Positions 39,301-48,387 of a DNA stretch of 64,000 bases are shown one piece after another. Origin of the DNA: Candidatus Cloacimonadales bacterium. Its GTDB lineage: Bacteria > Cloacimonadota > Cloacimonadia > Cloacimonadales > JAIOQZ01. Within the stretch, counting starts at the first letter, position 1, and each line of letters begins with the position of its first letter. Location: positions 3,168,001 through 3,232,000 of the forward strand of contig CAXXTU010000002.1 in NCBI GenBank assembly GCA_963662655.2, read 5' to 3'. The translations under genes and the position numbers were made by a program. Under the pieces are notes generated by a model. That model had not been told where the DNA came from, did not search any database, and worked only from the letters and a program-made list of their open reading frames with translations.

Positions 39301-42300
39301 GAACGAATTTCGGAATGGGAGACGAAAACGAAACCATTTTAAGCGGTGATCGATTCGGGGACGACATTGTAAGCGGAAGTGGAGAGACGCTGACTTTCTC
39401 CAACAATTCGGAAAACTGCTATCATGTAATCTACAATCCGGATCCTTTGACCACCGCAAGTGTTTTGAATGGTTTTACCGTGAAGGGTGGGCACGGAAAT
39501 GGAACAGACTCTTTTGACAGGGGTTCTGGCTTTTTCAATTCCGGGGCTTCGCCATCCATCACAAACGTTACTGTTACAGCGAATGAAGGTGATTACGGGG
39601 GCGGTGTCTGTAATTACAATGCATCTCCCATTATCACGAATTGCTTGATCTTTGGCAACAAGACCACGAATAACAGCGCTGGAATCGAGAACTCTACTTC
39701 ATCTTCACCTGTACTGACAAACACAACGATTGCAATGAATGTAGCCATGTATTACGGTGGCGGCATGTTGAATTACAACAATTGCTCTCCAGTTCTGCAA
39801 AACTGTATTGTCTGGGGAAATCTTGCAACGACCGGTAATCAGATGTACCTGATGGGTGGCGGCACAACGACTTTGAACAATTCATGCTACGCAAATGGCA
39901 CGAATGATGTGGTACTTGCAAGTGGTTCAGACATTCTTGATGCAACGACGAACAACATTTCTGTTGATCCTCTATTCATTAGCGCTGAAACCGGTGACTT
40001 GAGAATCGATGGCTCTTCTTCATGCGTGGATACCGGAGACAACAGCTACAACAGCGAATCCTGTGACATCCGAGGACAGGATCGCATTCAGAATACAACG
40101 ATTGATATGGGTGCATACGAGTGGACAGTCGGCGTTGATCCGCCCCTTCAGGTCATCTTCGTGGATATTCTTGCCGGTGGAAACAATGACGGTTCATGCT
40201 GGTTTGACGCTTACACTTCGCTTCAATCAGCTTTGAATGAAGCGGTTTCGGGTGATCATATCTGGGTGGCAAAAGGAACGTACAAACCAGAATATGACTA
40301 TGGATTAGGTGGTGGTTCCCGTTATTATCATTTCAGAATGGTGGAAGGAACTGAAATATATGGTGGGTTTGCCGGAACCGAGACTGGGGTCGACCAGAGA
40401 ACCAATTATGGTTTTGAAGAGGCAAATGAAACAATCCTAAGCGGTGATTTGAATGATAATGATGATTTTGATGTAACCAATGGTGGTTATCAGGGTACTA
40501 GCGGAAATGATAACTGCTATCATGTATTCTATCACCCAGACGGAATGAATCTAACAAATTCTGCCTTGCTTGACGGATTTACAATAACGGGTGGAAATGC
40601 AAACGAAGGGAGCAATCCTCATAACAGAGGAGGTGCATTTTACGTGTTCTCCTCCTCGCCAGTCATCAGGAAGGTGAATTTTGATTCAAATAAAGCAGAA
40701 AGCATTGGCGGCGCTGTATATATGTATAACAGTATGTCGTTCCTGGAAAATGTCTCATTTTCCAACAATATCTCATCAAATAGCGGTGGAGGCGTATACG
40801 TTTACAACGGTTCTCCAGAATTTGGTTGCTTGAGTTTTGCATCGAATTATGCGTACAATGCAGGTGCAATATATTTCAGAGAAACAACAGCGTCAATTCG
40901 GAACGCGATATTCACCGGTAACAACTCGGCTACTGACGGTGGCGCTTTATCTACGCACTCATCTTCGCTTACGATCGCCAACACGTTGTTTTCTTCTAAC
41001 ACGACGACCAATAATGGTGGAGCCATTATCTTCTACTCCAGTTCAGTCCAGTATGATGCCGTTTTGAATAACGTAACCATTTCTGAGAATCATGCCGGAC
41101 TGTCCGGAGGCGGTATCAGGTTTGCATCGGACAATGTGGCATCAACGTTAACCATCAATAATTGCGTTATCTGGAATAACACGGCAACGAGTTCTGGGAA
41201 TGAACTATCGTTGGTCAGCACCGGTTCAACAACTATAAGCTATTCCTGTTACAAGAATCTCGTCAATGACGTTGAAACATTGAATGGAATCCTCGACGCG
41301 ACCAATAACAACATCACGATTGACCCTCTTTTTATCGATGCCTTCACGCAGGATTTCCGATTGCTGGGCTGCTCACCTGCAGTCAATAGCGGTCTGAACA
41401 GTTATAACAGAACATCAACCGATGTGCGTGGTCAAGCCAGAATCCAAAACACCACAATCGATATGGGCGCTTACGAGTGGACACCTGGCGTCGATCCATA
41501 CAGTATCGCTGGAATCCTATATGTCGATATCAATGCCGTGGGAGCGAACAATGGAGCAAGCTGGATGGATGCCTTTACCTCTCTGCAATCAGCGCTTGAT
41601 ATTGCCATACCCGGAGATCAAATCTGGGTGGCAAAGGGAACATATATTCCAAGTTCTTCTTACAATCTGACGAATACCCCCCGCTATTATCATTTCAGGA
41701 TGATGGAAGGGGTCGAAATTTACGGCGGATTTTCCGGTACGGAAACTTCCATGGATGAAAGAACGAATTTCGGAATGGGAGACGAAAACGAAACCATTTT
41801 AAGCGGTGATCGATTCGGGGACGACATTGTAAGCGGAAGCGGAGAGACGCTGACTTTCTCCAACAATTCGGAAAACTGCTATCATGTAATCTACAATCCG
41901 GATCCTTTGACCACCGCAAGTGTTTTGAATGGTTTTACCGTGAAGGGTGGGCACGGAAATGGAACAGACTCTTTTGACAGGGGTTCTGGCGTTTTCAATT
42001 CCGGGGCTTCGCCATCCATCACAAACGTTTCTATTACAGCGAATGTAGGTGATTACGGGGGCGGTGTCTGTAATTACAACGCATCTCCCATTATCACGAA
42101 TTGCTTGATCTTTGGCAACAAGACCACGAATAACAGCGCAGGAATCGAGAACTCGACTTCCTCTTCTCCGGTACTGACAAACACAACGATTGCAATGAAT
42201 GTAGCCATGTATTACGGTGGCGGCATGTTGAATTACAACAATTGCTCTCCGGTTCTGCAAAACTGCATTGTCTGGGGAAATATAGCAACGACCGGTAATC

Positions 42301-42896
42301 AGATGTACCTGATGGGTGGCGGCACAACGACTTTGAACAATTCATGCTACGCAAATGGCACGAATGATGTGGTACTTGCAAGTGGTTCAGACATTCTTGA
42401 TGCAACGACGAACAACATTTCTGTTGATCCTCTATTCGTTAGCGCTGAAACCGGTGACTTGAGAATCGATGGCTCTTCTTCATGCGTGGATACCGGAGAC
42501 AACAACTACAACAGCGAATCCTGTGACATCCGAGGACAGGATCGCATTCAGAATACAACGATTGATATGGGTGCATACGAGTGGACAGTCGGCGTTGATC
42601 CCGGTGAATTGACAGCACCGGCGAATGTAACAATATCTGTCGGAGATAGCTCAATCCTGCTGAGTTGGGCTATAGTACCGAATGCTACGTCATTTATCAT
42701 TTATCGCTCGGAGTATCCTGACAGAGAATTTGTGCAGATCGGTACATCTGCGACGGAAAGCTACACGGACACAGAATTGCTGAGTGGATCCAGTTATTTC
42801 TATTTTGTTGTGGCAGCAAACCCCCTCCGAACTGATCAACAATGTGTAAACACCCGGCATCATCCCGGAGGAGGCAAACAAAAAGTTATCAAGTAA
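36336..42896 (+). CDS. Large secreted protein with five parallel beta-helix (pectin-lyase-like/Pmp-like, choice-of-anchor-Q type) modules and an FN3-like tail
   Basis: GAGGGG RBS and ATG at 36336; signal peptide; five units V....G..DG.SW.DAF.SLQ.AL...GD.IWVA.GTY...GGG...IDMGAYEW. Confidence 0.88.
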   Translation: MKNRKFSILLSVMALAMLLSVTSLSAETIHVDASASGRETGESWTDAFTSLHTALNSAVSGDQIWVVEGVYYATSSFMLSSGVEVYGGFAGTETLLTERDWQANQTILSGDIGQDDVNDDGNWITESWDQQVGTNADHVVVAPYGVDSTARLDGFIVTAGSGTTYYGGGGILNWYSSPSYYNLEIRGNQGQTYGGGMLNASSSPHVENVLIDGNRLINYLSIGYGGGMYNLYGGSPSIINVHFNNNLASAGGGYAGEDVNPSFDNVVFSNNISTGAGGGGVYLKDQSSATMNNTTFRYNQAFSGGGLYHVGGGTLTLSNVAFIENTVLSSEIINCGGGLEAAYGVTVDAVNVSIIGNTAADNGGGVSFTDNSIGTFTNCLFIGNRSVGGTIGGVRACWGSTVTLTNTTFNGNRASGTGGAFGTDWGANAISATNSIIWGNYPDQVRGSGISISYSNVQMDSGVYAGTGNINCNPLFLEAVDPLEAPTTGGDLRINGISPCVDAGENSFNSEALDFRGQARIQNSTIDMGAYEWTDGIDPSFQVIYVNAMADGNNDGSSWVDAFNSLQSGLDAAISGNHIWVAKGTYVPEDSYDLINTPRNYHFRMIEGVEIYGGFSGTETSSNQRTCYGVGEENETILSGDLNGDDVVSGTGETLAFSNYTDNCFHVIYNPDPLTSTSLLNGFSVRGGNADGTNPHNSGSGIYNFHASPSLTNVILIENQGIYGGGIYNQDASPVVTNCIIYRNIAQNGAGSENETSSPVFINTTIVMNLATNAGGGLNNHLNATPTFNNCIIWGNHALTGNQMYISGGGTTTLNYSCYSSQDNDVIMSGATFFADNNNTTENPDFWDATIGDFRLWENSPAVDNGLNSYNRTSTDVRGQARIQNTTIDMGAYEWTLGVDPYSIAGILYVDINAVGANNGASWMDAFTSLQSALDIAIPGDQIWVAKGTYIPSSSYNLTNTPRYYHFRMMEGVEIYGGFSGTETSMDERTNFGMGDENETILSGDRFGDDIVSGSGETLTFSNNSENCYHVIYNPDPLTTASVLNGFTVKGGHGNGTDSFDRGSGFFNSGASPSITNVTVTANEGDYGGGVCNYNASPIITNCLIFGNKTTNNSAGIENSTSSSPVLTNTTIAMNVAMYYGGGMLNYNNCSPVLQNCIVWGNLATTGNQMYLMGGGTTTLNNSCYANGTNDVVLASGSDILDATTNNISVDPLFISAETGDLRIDGSSSCVDTGDNSYNSESCDIRGQDRIQNTTIDMGAYEWTVGVDPPLQVIFVDILAGGNNDGSCWFDAYTSLQSALNEAVSGDHIWVAKGTYKPEYDYGLGGGSRYYHFRMVEGTEIYGGFAGTETGVDQRTNYGFEEANETILSGDLNDNDDFDVTNGGYQGTSGNDNCYHVFYHPDGMNLTNSALLDGFTITGGNANEGSNPHNRGGAFYVFSSSPVIRKVNFDSNKAESIGGAVYMYNSMSFLENVSFSNNISSNSGGGVYVYNGSPEFGCLSFASNYAYNAGAIYFRETTASIRNAIFTGNNSATDGGALSTHSSSLTIANTLFSSNTTTNNGGAIIFYSSSVQYDAVLNNVTISENHAGLSGGGIRFASDNVASTLTINNCVIWNNTATSSGNELSLVSTGSTTISYSCYKNLVNDVETLNGILDATNNNITIDPLFIDAFTQDFRLLGCSPAVNSGLNSYNRTSTDVRGQARIQNTTIDMGAYEWTPGVDPYSIAGILYVDINAVGANNGASWMDAFTSLQSALDIAIPGDQIWVAKGTYIPSSSYNLTNTPRYYHFRMMEGVEIYGGFSGTETSMDERTNFGMGDENETILSGDRFGDDIVSGSGETLTFSNNSENCYHVIYNPDPLTTASVLNGFTVKGGHGNGTDSFDRGSGVFNSGASPSITNVSITANVGDYGGGVCNYNASPIITNCLIFGNKTTNNSAGIENSTSSSPVLTNTTIAMNVAMYYGGGMLNYNNCSPVLQNCIVWGNIATTGNQMYLMGGGTTTLNNSCYANGTNDVVLASGSDILDATTNNISVDPLFVSAETGDLRIDGSSSCVDTGDNNYNSESCDIRGQDRIQNTTIDMGAYEWTVGVDPGELTAPANVTISVGDSSILLSWAIVPNATSFIIYRSEYPDREFVQIGTSATESYTDTELLSGSSYFYFVVAANPLRTDQQCVNTRHHPGGGKQKVIK
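38931..42601 (+). repeat. About 1.2-kb near-identical intragenic direct repeat (38931-40141 and 41391-42601)
   Basis: GGTCTGAACAGTTATAACAGAACATCAACC at 38931 and 41391 (offset 2460); the match continues to GGCGTTGATCC with few substitutions. Confidence 0.95.
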
Positions 42897-43464
42897 CTCG
42901 AACAAGGAATTGCACCTTGATTTTGATCGTCACCATGCCAATCATGTTGTCATGAACCAAAGATTAAGCCGCGGGTTGCTGAACACTTCCTTGAAGTGAA
43001 CGTCCCGTCGTGATTGGTAAAATTGCGATCAATATCATCTCCAACCAGATAGCTGATAAGACGGCAAGAAGATTCTGAGCACAGCTTGTTTTAGCGGACT
43101 TGTGCCGGGATGAATTCAAATTCTGCCCGACTACTTGCACTGTCTTGCATAAATCCATAAATAATCTCTGAATGGGCCTCTATGGAGGCCGTGTTCTTAA
43201 GCAACGAACATTTTCCATTGCTGTTTTCAACGTTTGCACACCTGAAGGTCTTCTTCTGAAGGTTTTCTTCTCGATGAATAAGATCGATCCACCTGTGATT
43301 ATTTGAAAACCTTGCCTTCTATAAAGGCGATAGCCCTAACGACTGCGCTGCTGGGCCAACTTCCGAAGTGCTTTTCTGAACTTGTCGTCCTCACGCTACA
43401 CCAACTTGTACAAATAGCTGCTACGATCTAGGCTGATAAGTCTTTAGGCTTGGAATAGCAGTTC

Positions 43465-43935
43465 GTGCTACAGCGTGCCGCAACGCATACAGGCAGCGAG
43501 AGCATCGTCTATGCCTGCGAGAGGGGCACCGTCGAGTACACGCCCAAGCTCAAGTACCGCATCGAGAAGAAGAACGCCGTCACCCGTGACGCCATCGCAG
43601 ATGAGGCCGTATGCGAGGACAAGCTGGAATCCGGCGCTATCAGCTCCAAGCAGCTCACGTCGTCCTGCGTGTGCCTGAGCAACATCAGAGCGGAAGTCCA
43701 GTGCGAGACCACCGGCAGAACCCCGGCTACCATCGGTTCGGACAAGTACGCTGTCCACAGCCTCGAGGAGTCCTACGACGTCGAGCCGCTGGTGCTGCTC
43801 ATCCCGATGTGCGACCTCACGCTGTTCATCGGCGAGGTTTCGCTGGCGCACGGGGTGGTCAAGGTAACGGTAGGTCTGGGTTCGAAGGGTACGGCGACGG
43901 CGCTCAAGTACCGGCTGGTTGCGATTAGAAATTGA
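43465..43935 (+). pseudogene. High-GC 3' gene fragment, possibly the last (structural-type) gene of the Mu-like element
   Basis: Abrupt GC rise; open frame to TGA at 43935 with no clear RBS or start; beta-rich sequence; lies about 125 bp from the right-end repeats. Confidence 0.4.
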
Positions 43936-44060
43936 GGTGAAAATGCGCGAAAATATCGCCCGTTTAGTTGTTGCGCATTTCATTGGCATTGAATACGATA
44001 CGCCCAGCCGCCCATGAACCGTTGCCTTGTATCCAACTGCAAGCCAGGCGTTTGCAATTT

Positions 44061-44102
44061 TCGTGATCCGATTTGACATTTCGCTGTCACAATTTGACAT
44101 TT
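44061..44102 (-). repeat. Subterminal transposase-binding boxes of the right end
   Basis: ATTTGACATTT twice (44071-44081, 44092-44102); inverse of the left-end AATGTCAAAT box. Confidence 0.65.
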
Positions 44103-44161
44103 TGTCCCGTCCTAAAATAGTTGACCAGCTTTTTCGTGTTTGATTTCATTTCGATTGCTTC

Positions 44162-45043
44162 CTACGCTGCGTTCAATATCTCGTTCGGTGTGCGGTAGCC
44201 CTGCGTGATGATGAGCCGTTCTTCGTTGTAGATCCGAACTGCTTCCTCTACGTACTTCAGCGCGTCGTCGAAGTCCCTGAATCTCCGTTCCAGCCCCAAC
44301 TCGTGCTTCAGAATCCCGTTGATGCGCTCCGCCTTGGCGTTGTCGTAGCACTTGCCCGGACCGGTCATGCTGGTGCGATAGCAGTAGCGTCGCAGCGCGT
44401 TCTGGAAGCAGGCGCTGGTGAATTGCGTACCATGATCGGAGTGGTGGATGCAGCCTTTGATATCCACGGCTCCGGCATTGCGCAACGACCTCATCGCCCG
44501 TTTCAGAGAGAGCGCTGGACCATGCGTGCGCAGGTCGGGCTGCAGCGAATATCCCAGGATCGCGTCCGAGTACTGATCCGAGGTCAGCGAAAGGTAGGCG
44601 AATCCGCGTTGCAACCGGATGTAGGTGATGTCGCTCGCGATGATCTGGCCGACGCGGCGAGCGATGATGTCCTTCACCAGGTTCGGGTGTCGACTGCGGC
44701 TGCCCAGGCTCGTGCGGAGGTATGAGCGGTACGCCGTCGACAGCAGCCCGTAGTCGCGCAGGATGCCGAACAGCCGGTCGCGACCAACCTCGAGCCCGTG
44801 CGCCTTCAGCATGTATTGCAGCTTCCGCGCCCCGACGCGTGGCTGTTTCACGCGAATCTCGCGCACGGCGGATACGATCTCCTCCACCTCCGCCTGGAGC
44901 CGATGGAGCCGCTTCCTGTGCTGGTAGTAGCTCTGCTTGCTGCGACCGAACAAGCCGCAAATCACCTGCATGTTCGCGGCTACTTCTCTTTCTTTCGCGA
45001 CAGCTCGACATTCGGTGATAACAGCGAACCAGTCTTTTTTTTT
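44162..45043 (-). CDS. IS3 transposase OrfB (DDE), expressed by -1 frameshift
   Basis: GARKL, SDITY, HHSDHGTQF, CYDNAKAERINGILKHE, YNEER...GYRTP; A9G at 45034-45043. Confidence 0.88.
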   Translation of the reverse strand, partial: KKKDWFAVITECRAVAKEREVAANMQVICGLFGRSKQSYYQHRKRLHRLQAEVEEIVSAVREIRVKQPRVGARKLQYMLKAHGLEVGRDRLFGILRDYGLLSTAYRSYLRTSLGSRSRHPNLVKDIIARRVGQIIASDITYIRLQRGFAYLSLTSDQYSDAILGYSLQPDLRTHGPALSLKRAMRSLRNAGAVDIKGCIHHSDHGTQFTSACFQNALRRYCYRTSMTGPGKCYDNAKAERINGILKHELGLERRFRDFDDALKYVEEAVRIYNEERLIITQGYRTPNEILNAA

Positions 45044-45387
45044 GCGCTGATGCCGTACTTGCGCTCGGTCACGTTCACGATCGCCTGCAACGCGCAGTTC
45101 TCCAGCACTTTCTCGCTCAACGCAGCCTGCAAATCCTGCACCTTCTTCTCCAGCTCCGCGATTGTCTTGTCCTTGTAATCTTCTTTCGCCATGCGATCTC
45201 GCTTTTGAGCTCCCTTGCGTCGCGCCGGCTTCACGGCGTCCTCTTTGATCCAGCGATACAGCGTGCGAACGGATATGTCGTACTGCTCCGCGAGCTCCGC
45301 CACGCAGTAGTCGCTCGTCAGCACGTGATGCAGAACACGCGCCTTCACCTCGCAACGCTTCGCCCGTCGTTTCACATTTTCTCCCAT
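44980..45387 (-). CDS. IS3 transposase OrfA (HTH)
   Basis: GGAGG RBS; VAELAEQYDISVRTLYRW HTH; coiled coil; ends past the KKK slippery site. Confidence 0.88.
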   Translation of the reverse strand: MGENVKRRAKRCEVKARVLHHVLTSDYCVAELAEQYDISVRTLYRWIKEDAVKPARRKGAQKRDRMAKEDYKDKTIAELEKKVQDLQAALSEKVLENCALQAIVNVTERKYGISAKKKTGSLLSPNVELSRKKEK

Positions 45388-45435
45388 ACCTGAGCCTCCT
45401 TCGACCCAACGGTCAACCTATTTCAGGACGGGACA

Positions 45436-45451
45436 CTCTTTGCATTTGACA
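45436..45451 (-). repeat. Right terminus of the Mu-like element, separated from its inner boxes by the IS3
   Basis: Reverse complement TGTCAAATGCAAAGAG matches the left terminus TGTTTGATGCAAAGTG at 12 of 16 positions. Confidence 0.6.
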
Positions 45452-45545
45452 CTACACGGATGAAGCCCCGCTCATGCGATGGTTTTTCTTGACACTTAAT
45501 GAAGGTCGTGCGAGTTTCAATATACTTTAGACATTGGGAGAAAAT

Positions 45546-46349
45546 ATGCTGCTTTACGATTTTCCGGATGCGTACGATCTCTTTTACAACGAGAGTTTCC
45601 AGCAATCGACCCGAGACTTCTACAGCAAGTTTCTGCTTAAGAAAAATCTTCGCGAGGTACTCGATTGCACTGCCGGTTCGGGCCAGATGACAATACCCCT
45701 CGCCCAGATGGGCTACAGCGTAACCGCTTCGGATATCAACCGCAATATGATCCGCAAAGCGAGGCTGAACTTCGTGAAGCTCGATCTCATGGCGAACTTC
45801 GTTACCAGCGATATTCTCGAGCTCGAAGAGAAGGTTAAGAGAACCTTCGACTGCGTCATGAGCACCGGGAATTCGCTCGCCCACGTGAAGAACGATCAGC
45901 TCGAGGATGCCGTTCGCCAGATGGATAGCGTACTCAAGCCGGGTGGGATGCTCTACATCGATTCTCGCAACTGGGACTTGATTCTGGAACGACGGCAACG
46001 TTTTTATCTATTCAATCCGCTTATCCGGGATCGTGGGCGCGTCAATTTCGTGCAGGTGTGGGACTACAATACCGATGGTTCGATGGTTTTCAACTTCCTC
46101 GTCTTCGAGGAGATTGAAAACAAGATTGTCAGCAAGCGCCAGTTTTACGTGATTTACTACCCCTTTACAGTCGAAAGGCTGAGGGAAATCCTGGTCTCGA
46201 TGAACTACAGGAATATTCATTTCTTCAAGCTGGGCGATCCGAGCGTCACCGACCTGTCACAAATCGACTGGTTCGCCGTTACAGCAGAGAAACCCTTCCC
46301 CGAAACAGATGACAACAAGAAGAAAAAGATAAAAGGAGGAAGCAAATGA
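45546..46349 (+). CDS. Class I SAM-dependent methyltransferase
   Basis: VLDCTAGSG motif I, VTASDIN, FDCVMSTGNSLAH, LKPGGMLYID. Confidence 0.9.
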   Translation: MLLYDFPDAYDLFYNESFQQSTRDFYSKFLLKKNLREVLDCTAGSGQMTIPLAQMGYSVTASDINRNMIRKARLNFVKLDLMANFVTSDILELEEKVKRTFDCVMSTGNSLAHVKNDQLEDAVRQMDSVLKPGGMLYIDSRNWDLILERRQRFYLFNPLIRDRGRVNFVQVWDYNTDGSMVFNFLVFEEIENKIVSKRQFYVIYYPFTVERLREILVSMNYRNIHFFKLGDPSVTDLSQIDWFAVTAEKPFPETDDNKKKKIKGGSK

Positions 46350-46954
46350 AAGCTTTCAAACTACTTCTGGCTTTAGTTGCTGTTACACTGATTCTCACGG
46401 CATGCGGCGGTCCGGCCAAGACGGTCGAGCGCAGGGCGGTCGATGAGACCATCGACCTGAGCGGACGCTGGAACGACAGCGACCTTCAGCTCACAGCCGA
46501 GCAAATTGTGCGGGATGTTCTCTCTCGCCCGTGGCTGCCGGATTTCATTTCCGCAGAAGACCGAAAGCCGGTCGTGATCGTCGGTACGGTTCGCAATAAA
46601 ACCGCCGAGCATTTGGACACCGTGCCGCTGGTTAACCACATCGAGATGGAACTTATCAACAGTGGAAGGGTCACGTTCGTGGCGAATCAGCAGAAACGCG
46701 AGGAAATCCGCGGCGAGAGAATGGATCAGCAGACGCAATCCTCCGAGGACTCCGCGAAGAGACTCGCTGCCGAAACCGGCGCCGACTTCATGCTTCAGGG
46801 TGAGATCACCTCCATCGAGGACGCGGAAGGCGGACAGAAGGTGATCTTCTACCAGGTCGCGATGGAGCTCATCAATATCGAGACCAACGAAATCAAGTGG
46901 AAAAACACGAAGCAGATCAAGAAATTCATCTCTCAGAAAAGTTCAAAATTCTAA
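46346..46954 (+). CDS. lpoB: Penicillin-binding protein activator LpoB-family lipoprotein
   Basis: LTAC lipobox; DLSGRWNDSD, VRNKTAEHLD, GADFMLQGEI, YQVAMELINIETNEIKW. Confidence 0.8.
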   Translation: MKAFKLLLALVAVTLILTACGGPAKTVERRAVDETIDLSGRWNDSDLQLTAEQIVRDVLSRPWLPDFISAEDRKPVVIVGTVRNKTAEHLDTVPLVNHIEMELINSGRVTFVANQQKREEIRGERMDQQTQSSEDSAKRLAAETGADFMLQGEITSIEDAEGGQKVIFYQVAMELINIETNEIKWKNTKQIKKFISQKSSKF

Positions 46955-46965
46955 GGGGATCGTCC

Positions 46966-48351
46966 ATGAGGAAAATGAACCTTGTTGCGATTCTTGCGCT
47001 GTTCGCGTTGCTCGTAGGGTGCGGCGCGCCGAAGAAAGAGCTTCGCGAGATCGAGAAGAAGCTCGAGAAGAGACAGTTCGACCAGGCATCGCAGCAGGTG
47101 GAAGAGATCAAGGAATCCACATATTCCAAGAAGGATCGCGTGGTGTTCTATCTCGACGCCGGTACCGTCCATCACTACAACCGCGATTTCGACAAGAGTA
47201 ACCAGCGGTTGGAGGAGGCGGAACGAGCGATCGAGGATTTATTCACGAAGAGCATCAGTCGCGCTGCCGCTTCGTATATCCTCAACGACAACATAAAAGA
47301 ATACGACGGTGAGGATTACGAGAATATCTACCTCAACGTTTTCAAAGCGCTGAACTACGTTGGTAAAGACAAGTTCGATGAAGCATTCGTCGAGATTCGC
47401 CGCATTAACAATAAACTCAATCTGCTTGAAGACAAGTACAGGGATTTGGCGGACGAATACAACAAGTCCAAGGACAGCAAGGCGAAGGTTGAAGTGGGAC
47501 GTAACAGGTTCCACAATTCCGCTCTGGGAAGATGGCTGAGCATGTTGATCTATCGCGCGGAAGGCGACATCGACAACGCGCGCGTGGACCGCGAGGCCAT
47601 CGACGACGCCTGGAAGACCCAGAGCCATATCTATGGCTTCGGGAAGCCGGATTTAAGCCATTATCTCGATGCAACGGACAAGGCGCGTATCGATCTGATC
47701 AGCTTCGTGGGAAAGAGTCCCGAAAAGAAGGCGCACACGCTGTACATCCACACGGAGAACAACCTGATCGTATTTGCTTCAACCGCCGAGAATGAGGACG
47801 GAAGGCAGGTCATGACGAACCTTGCACCGATTCAGTGGCCGGGGATCGAGAAGGGGCTTCACTTCAAGTTCGAGATTCCGTTCTTCGAGCCAAGAGGAAC
47901 CATCGTGAAGAGCGTGAAGGTTCTCGTCGACGGCAAGCAGGCCGGAGAGCTGGAGCTTCTGGAAGACATGGAAAAGGTCGCGATCGAAACCTATCAGGTG
48001 AAGAAGCCGCTCGTCCTCATGAAAACCCTCACGCGTACGATCGTCAAAGGGCTGGTGGCTGCCGAGGGCAAGAAGCAGATGGAGAAGGAGATCAAGGATC
48101 CTCTTCTGGCGTTCGGGGCGAGGCTCGCCACGGATATCGCCGTCGACGCGACGGAGAAAGCCGATCTGCGATTGTCGCATTTCTTCCCCGCGAAGGCGAT
48201 GGTGAAGGAACTGGAGGTCACGCCCGGCGAGCATCAGGTATCGCTCGAATACCGCGGCGCAGGTGGCCAGCTTCTCTACACGCACGATCTGGGAATCAGG
48301 GATTTTCAAGCGGGTAAGCTGAATCTGCTGGAGTCGTACTATCTGAAGTAG
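46966..48351 (+). CDS. COG3014-like TPR lipoprotein
   Basis: LVGC lipobox; SNQRLEEAE, Y.GEDYE, EKADLR...FP; usual neighbour of lpoB. Confidence 0.75.
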   Translation: MRKMNLVAILALFALLVGCGAPKKELREIEKKLEKRQFDQASQQVEEIKESTYSKKDRVVFYLDAGTVHHYNRDFDKSNQRLEEAERAIEDLFTKSISRAAASYILNDNIKEYDGEDYENIYLNVFKALNYVGKDKFDEAFVEIRRINNKLNLLEDKYRDLADEYNKSKDSKAKVEVGRNRFHNSALGRWLSMLIYRAEGDIDNARVDREAIDDAWKTQSHIYGFGKPDLSHYLDATDKARIDLISFVGKSPEKKAHTLYIHTENNLIVFASTAENEDGRQVMTNLAPIQWPGIEKGLHFKFEIPFFEPRGTIVKSVKVLVDGKQAGELELLEDMEKVAIETYQVKKPLVLMKTLTRTIVKGLVAAEGKKQMEKEIKDPLLAFGARLATDIAVDATEKADLRLSHFFPAKAMVKELEVTPGEHQVSLEYRGAGGQLLYTHDLGIRDFQAGKLNLLESYYLK

Positions 48352-48387
48352 GATGAATCGTTGCTGCAACCCGATAAAGGAGATATA

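Larger units (their letters stand above)
44103..45435 (-). mobile_element. IS3-family insertion sequence (1333 bp), apparently intact
   Basis: Inverted repeats TGTCCCGTCCTAAAATAGTTGACC and GGTCAACCTATTTCAGGACGGGACA; orfA/orfB with an A9G slippery site. Confidence 0.93.
23451..45451. mobile_element. Degenerate Mu-like (TGT...ACA-ended) transposable element or prophage relic carrying cargo
   Basis: Imperfect inverted ends (23451-23494 versus 44061-44102 plus 45436-45451); internal Mu-type transposase fragment and phage-like gene fragments; mosaic composition with mostly AT-richer cargo; no target-site duplication found. Confidence 0.62.

Noticed and set aside
38931..42601. Possible diversity-generating retroelement TR/VR pair
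   Set aside because: Differences include T/C and T/G changes rather than only adenines, both copies are coding modules of about 1.2 kb, and no reverse transcriptase is in the window
42964..43460. Short ORFs after the beta-helix gene
   Set aside because: No recognisable motif, RBS or consistent frame
44162..45409. Single 415-aa transposase ORF as given in the ORF track
   Set aside because: Its first ~120 residues are the off-frame reading of orfA; the real product is the OrfA/OrfB frameshift fusion
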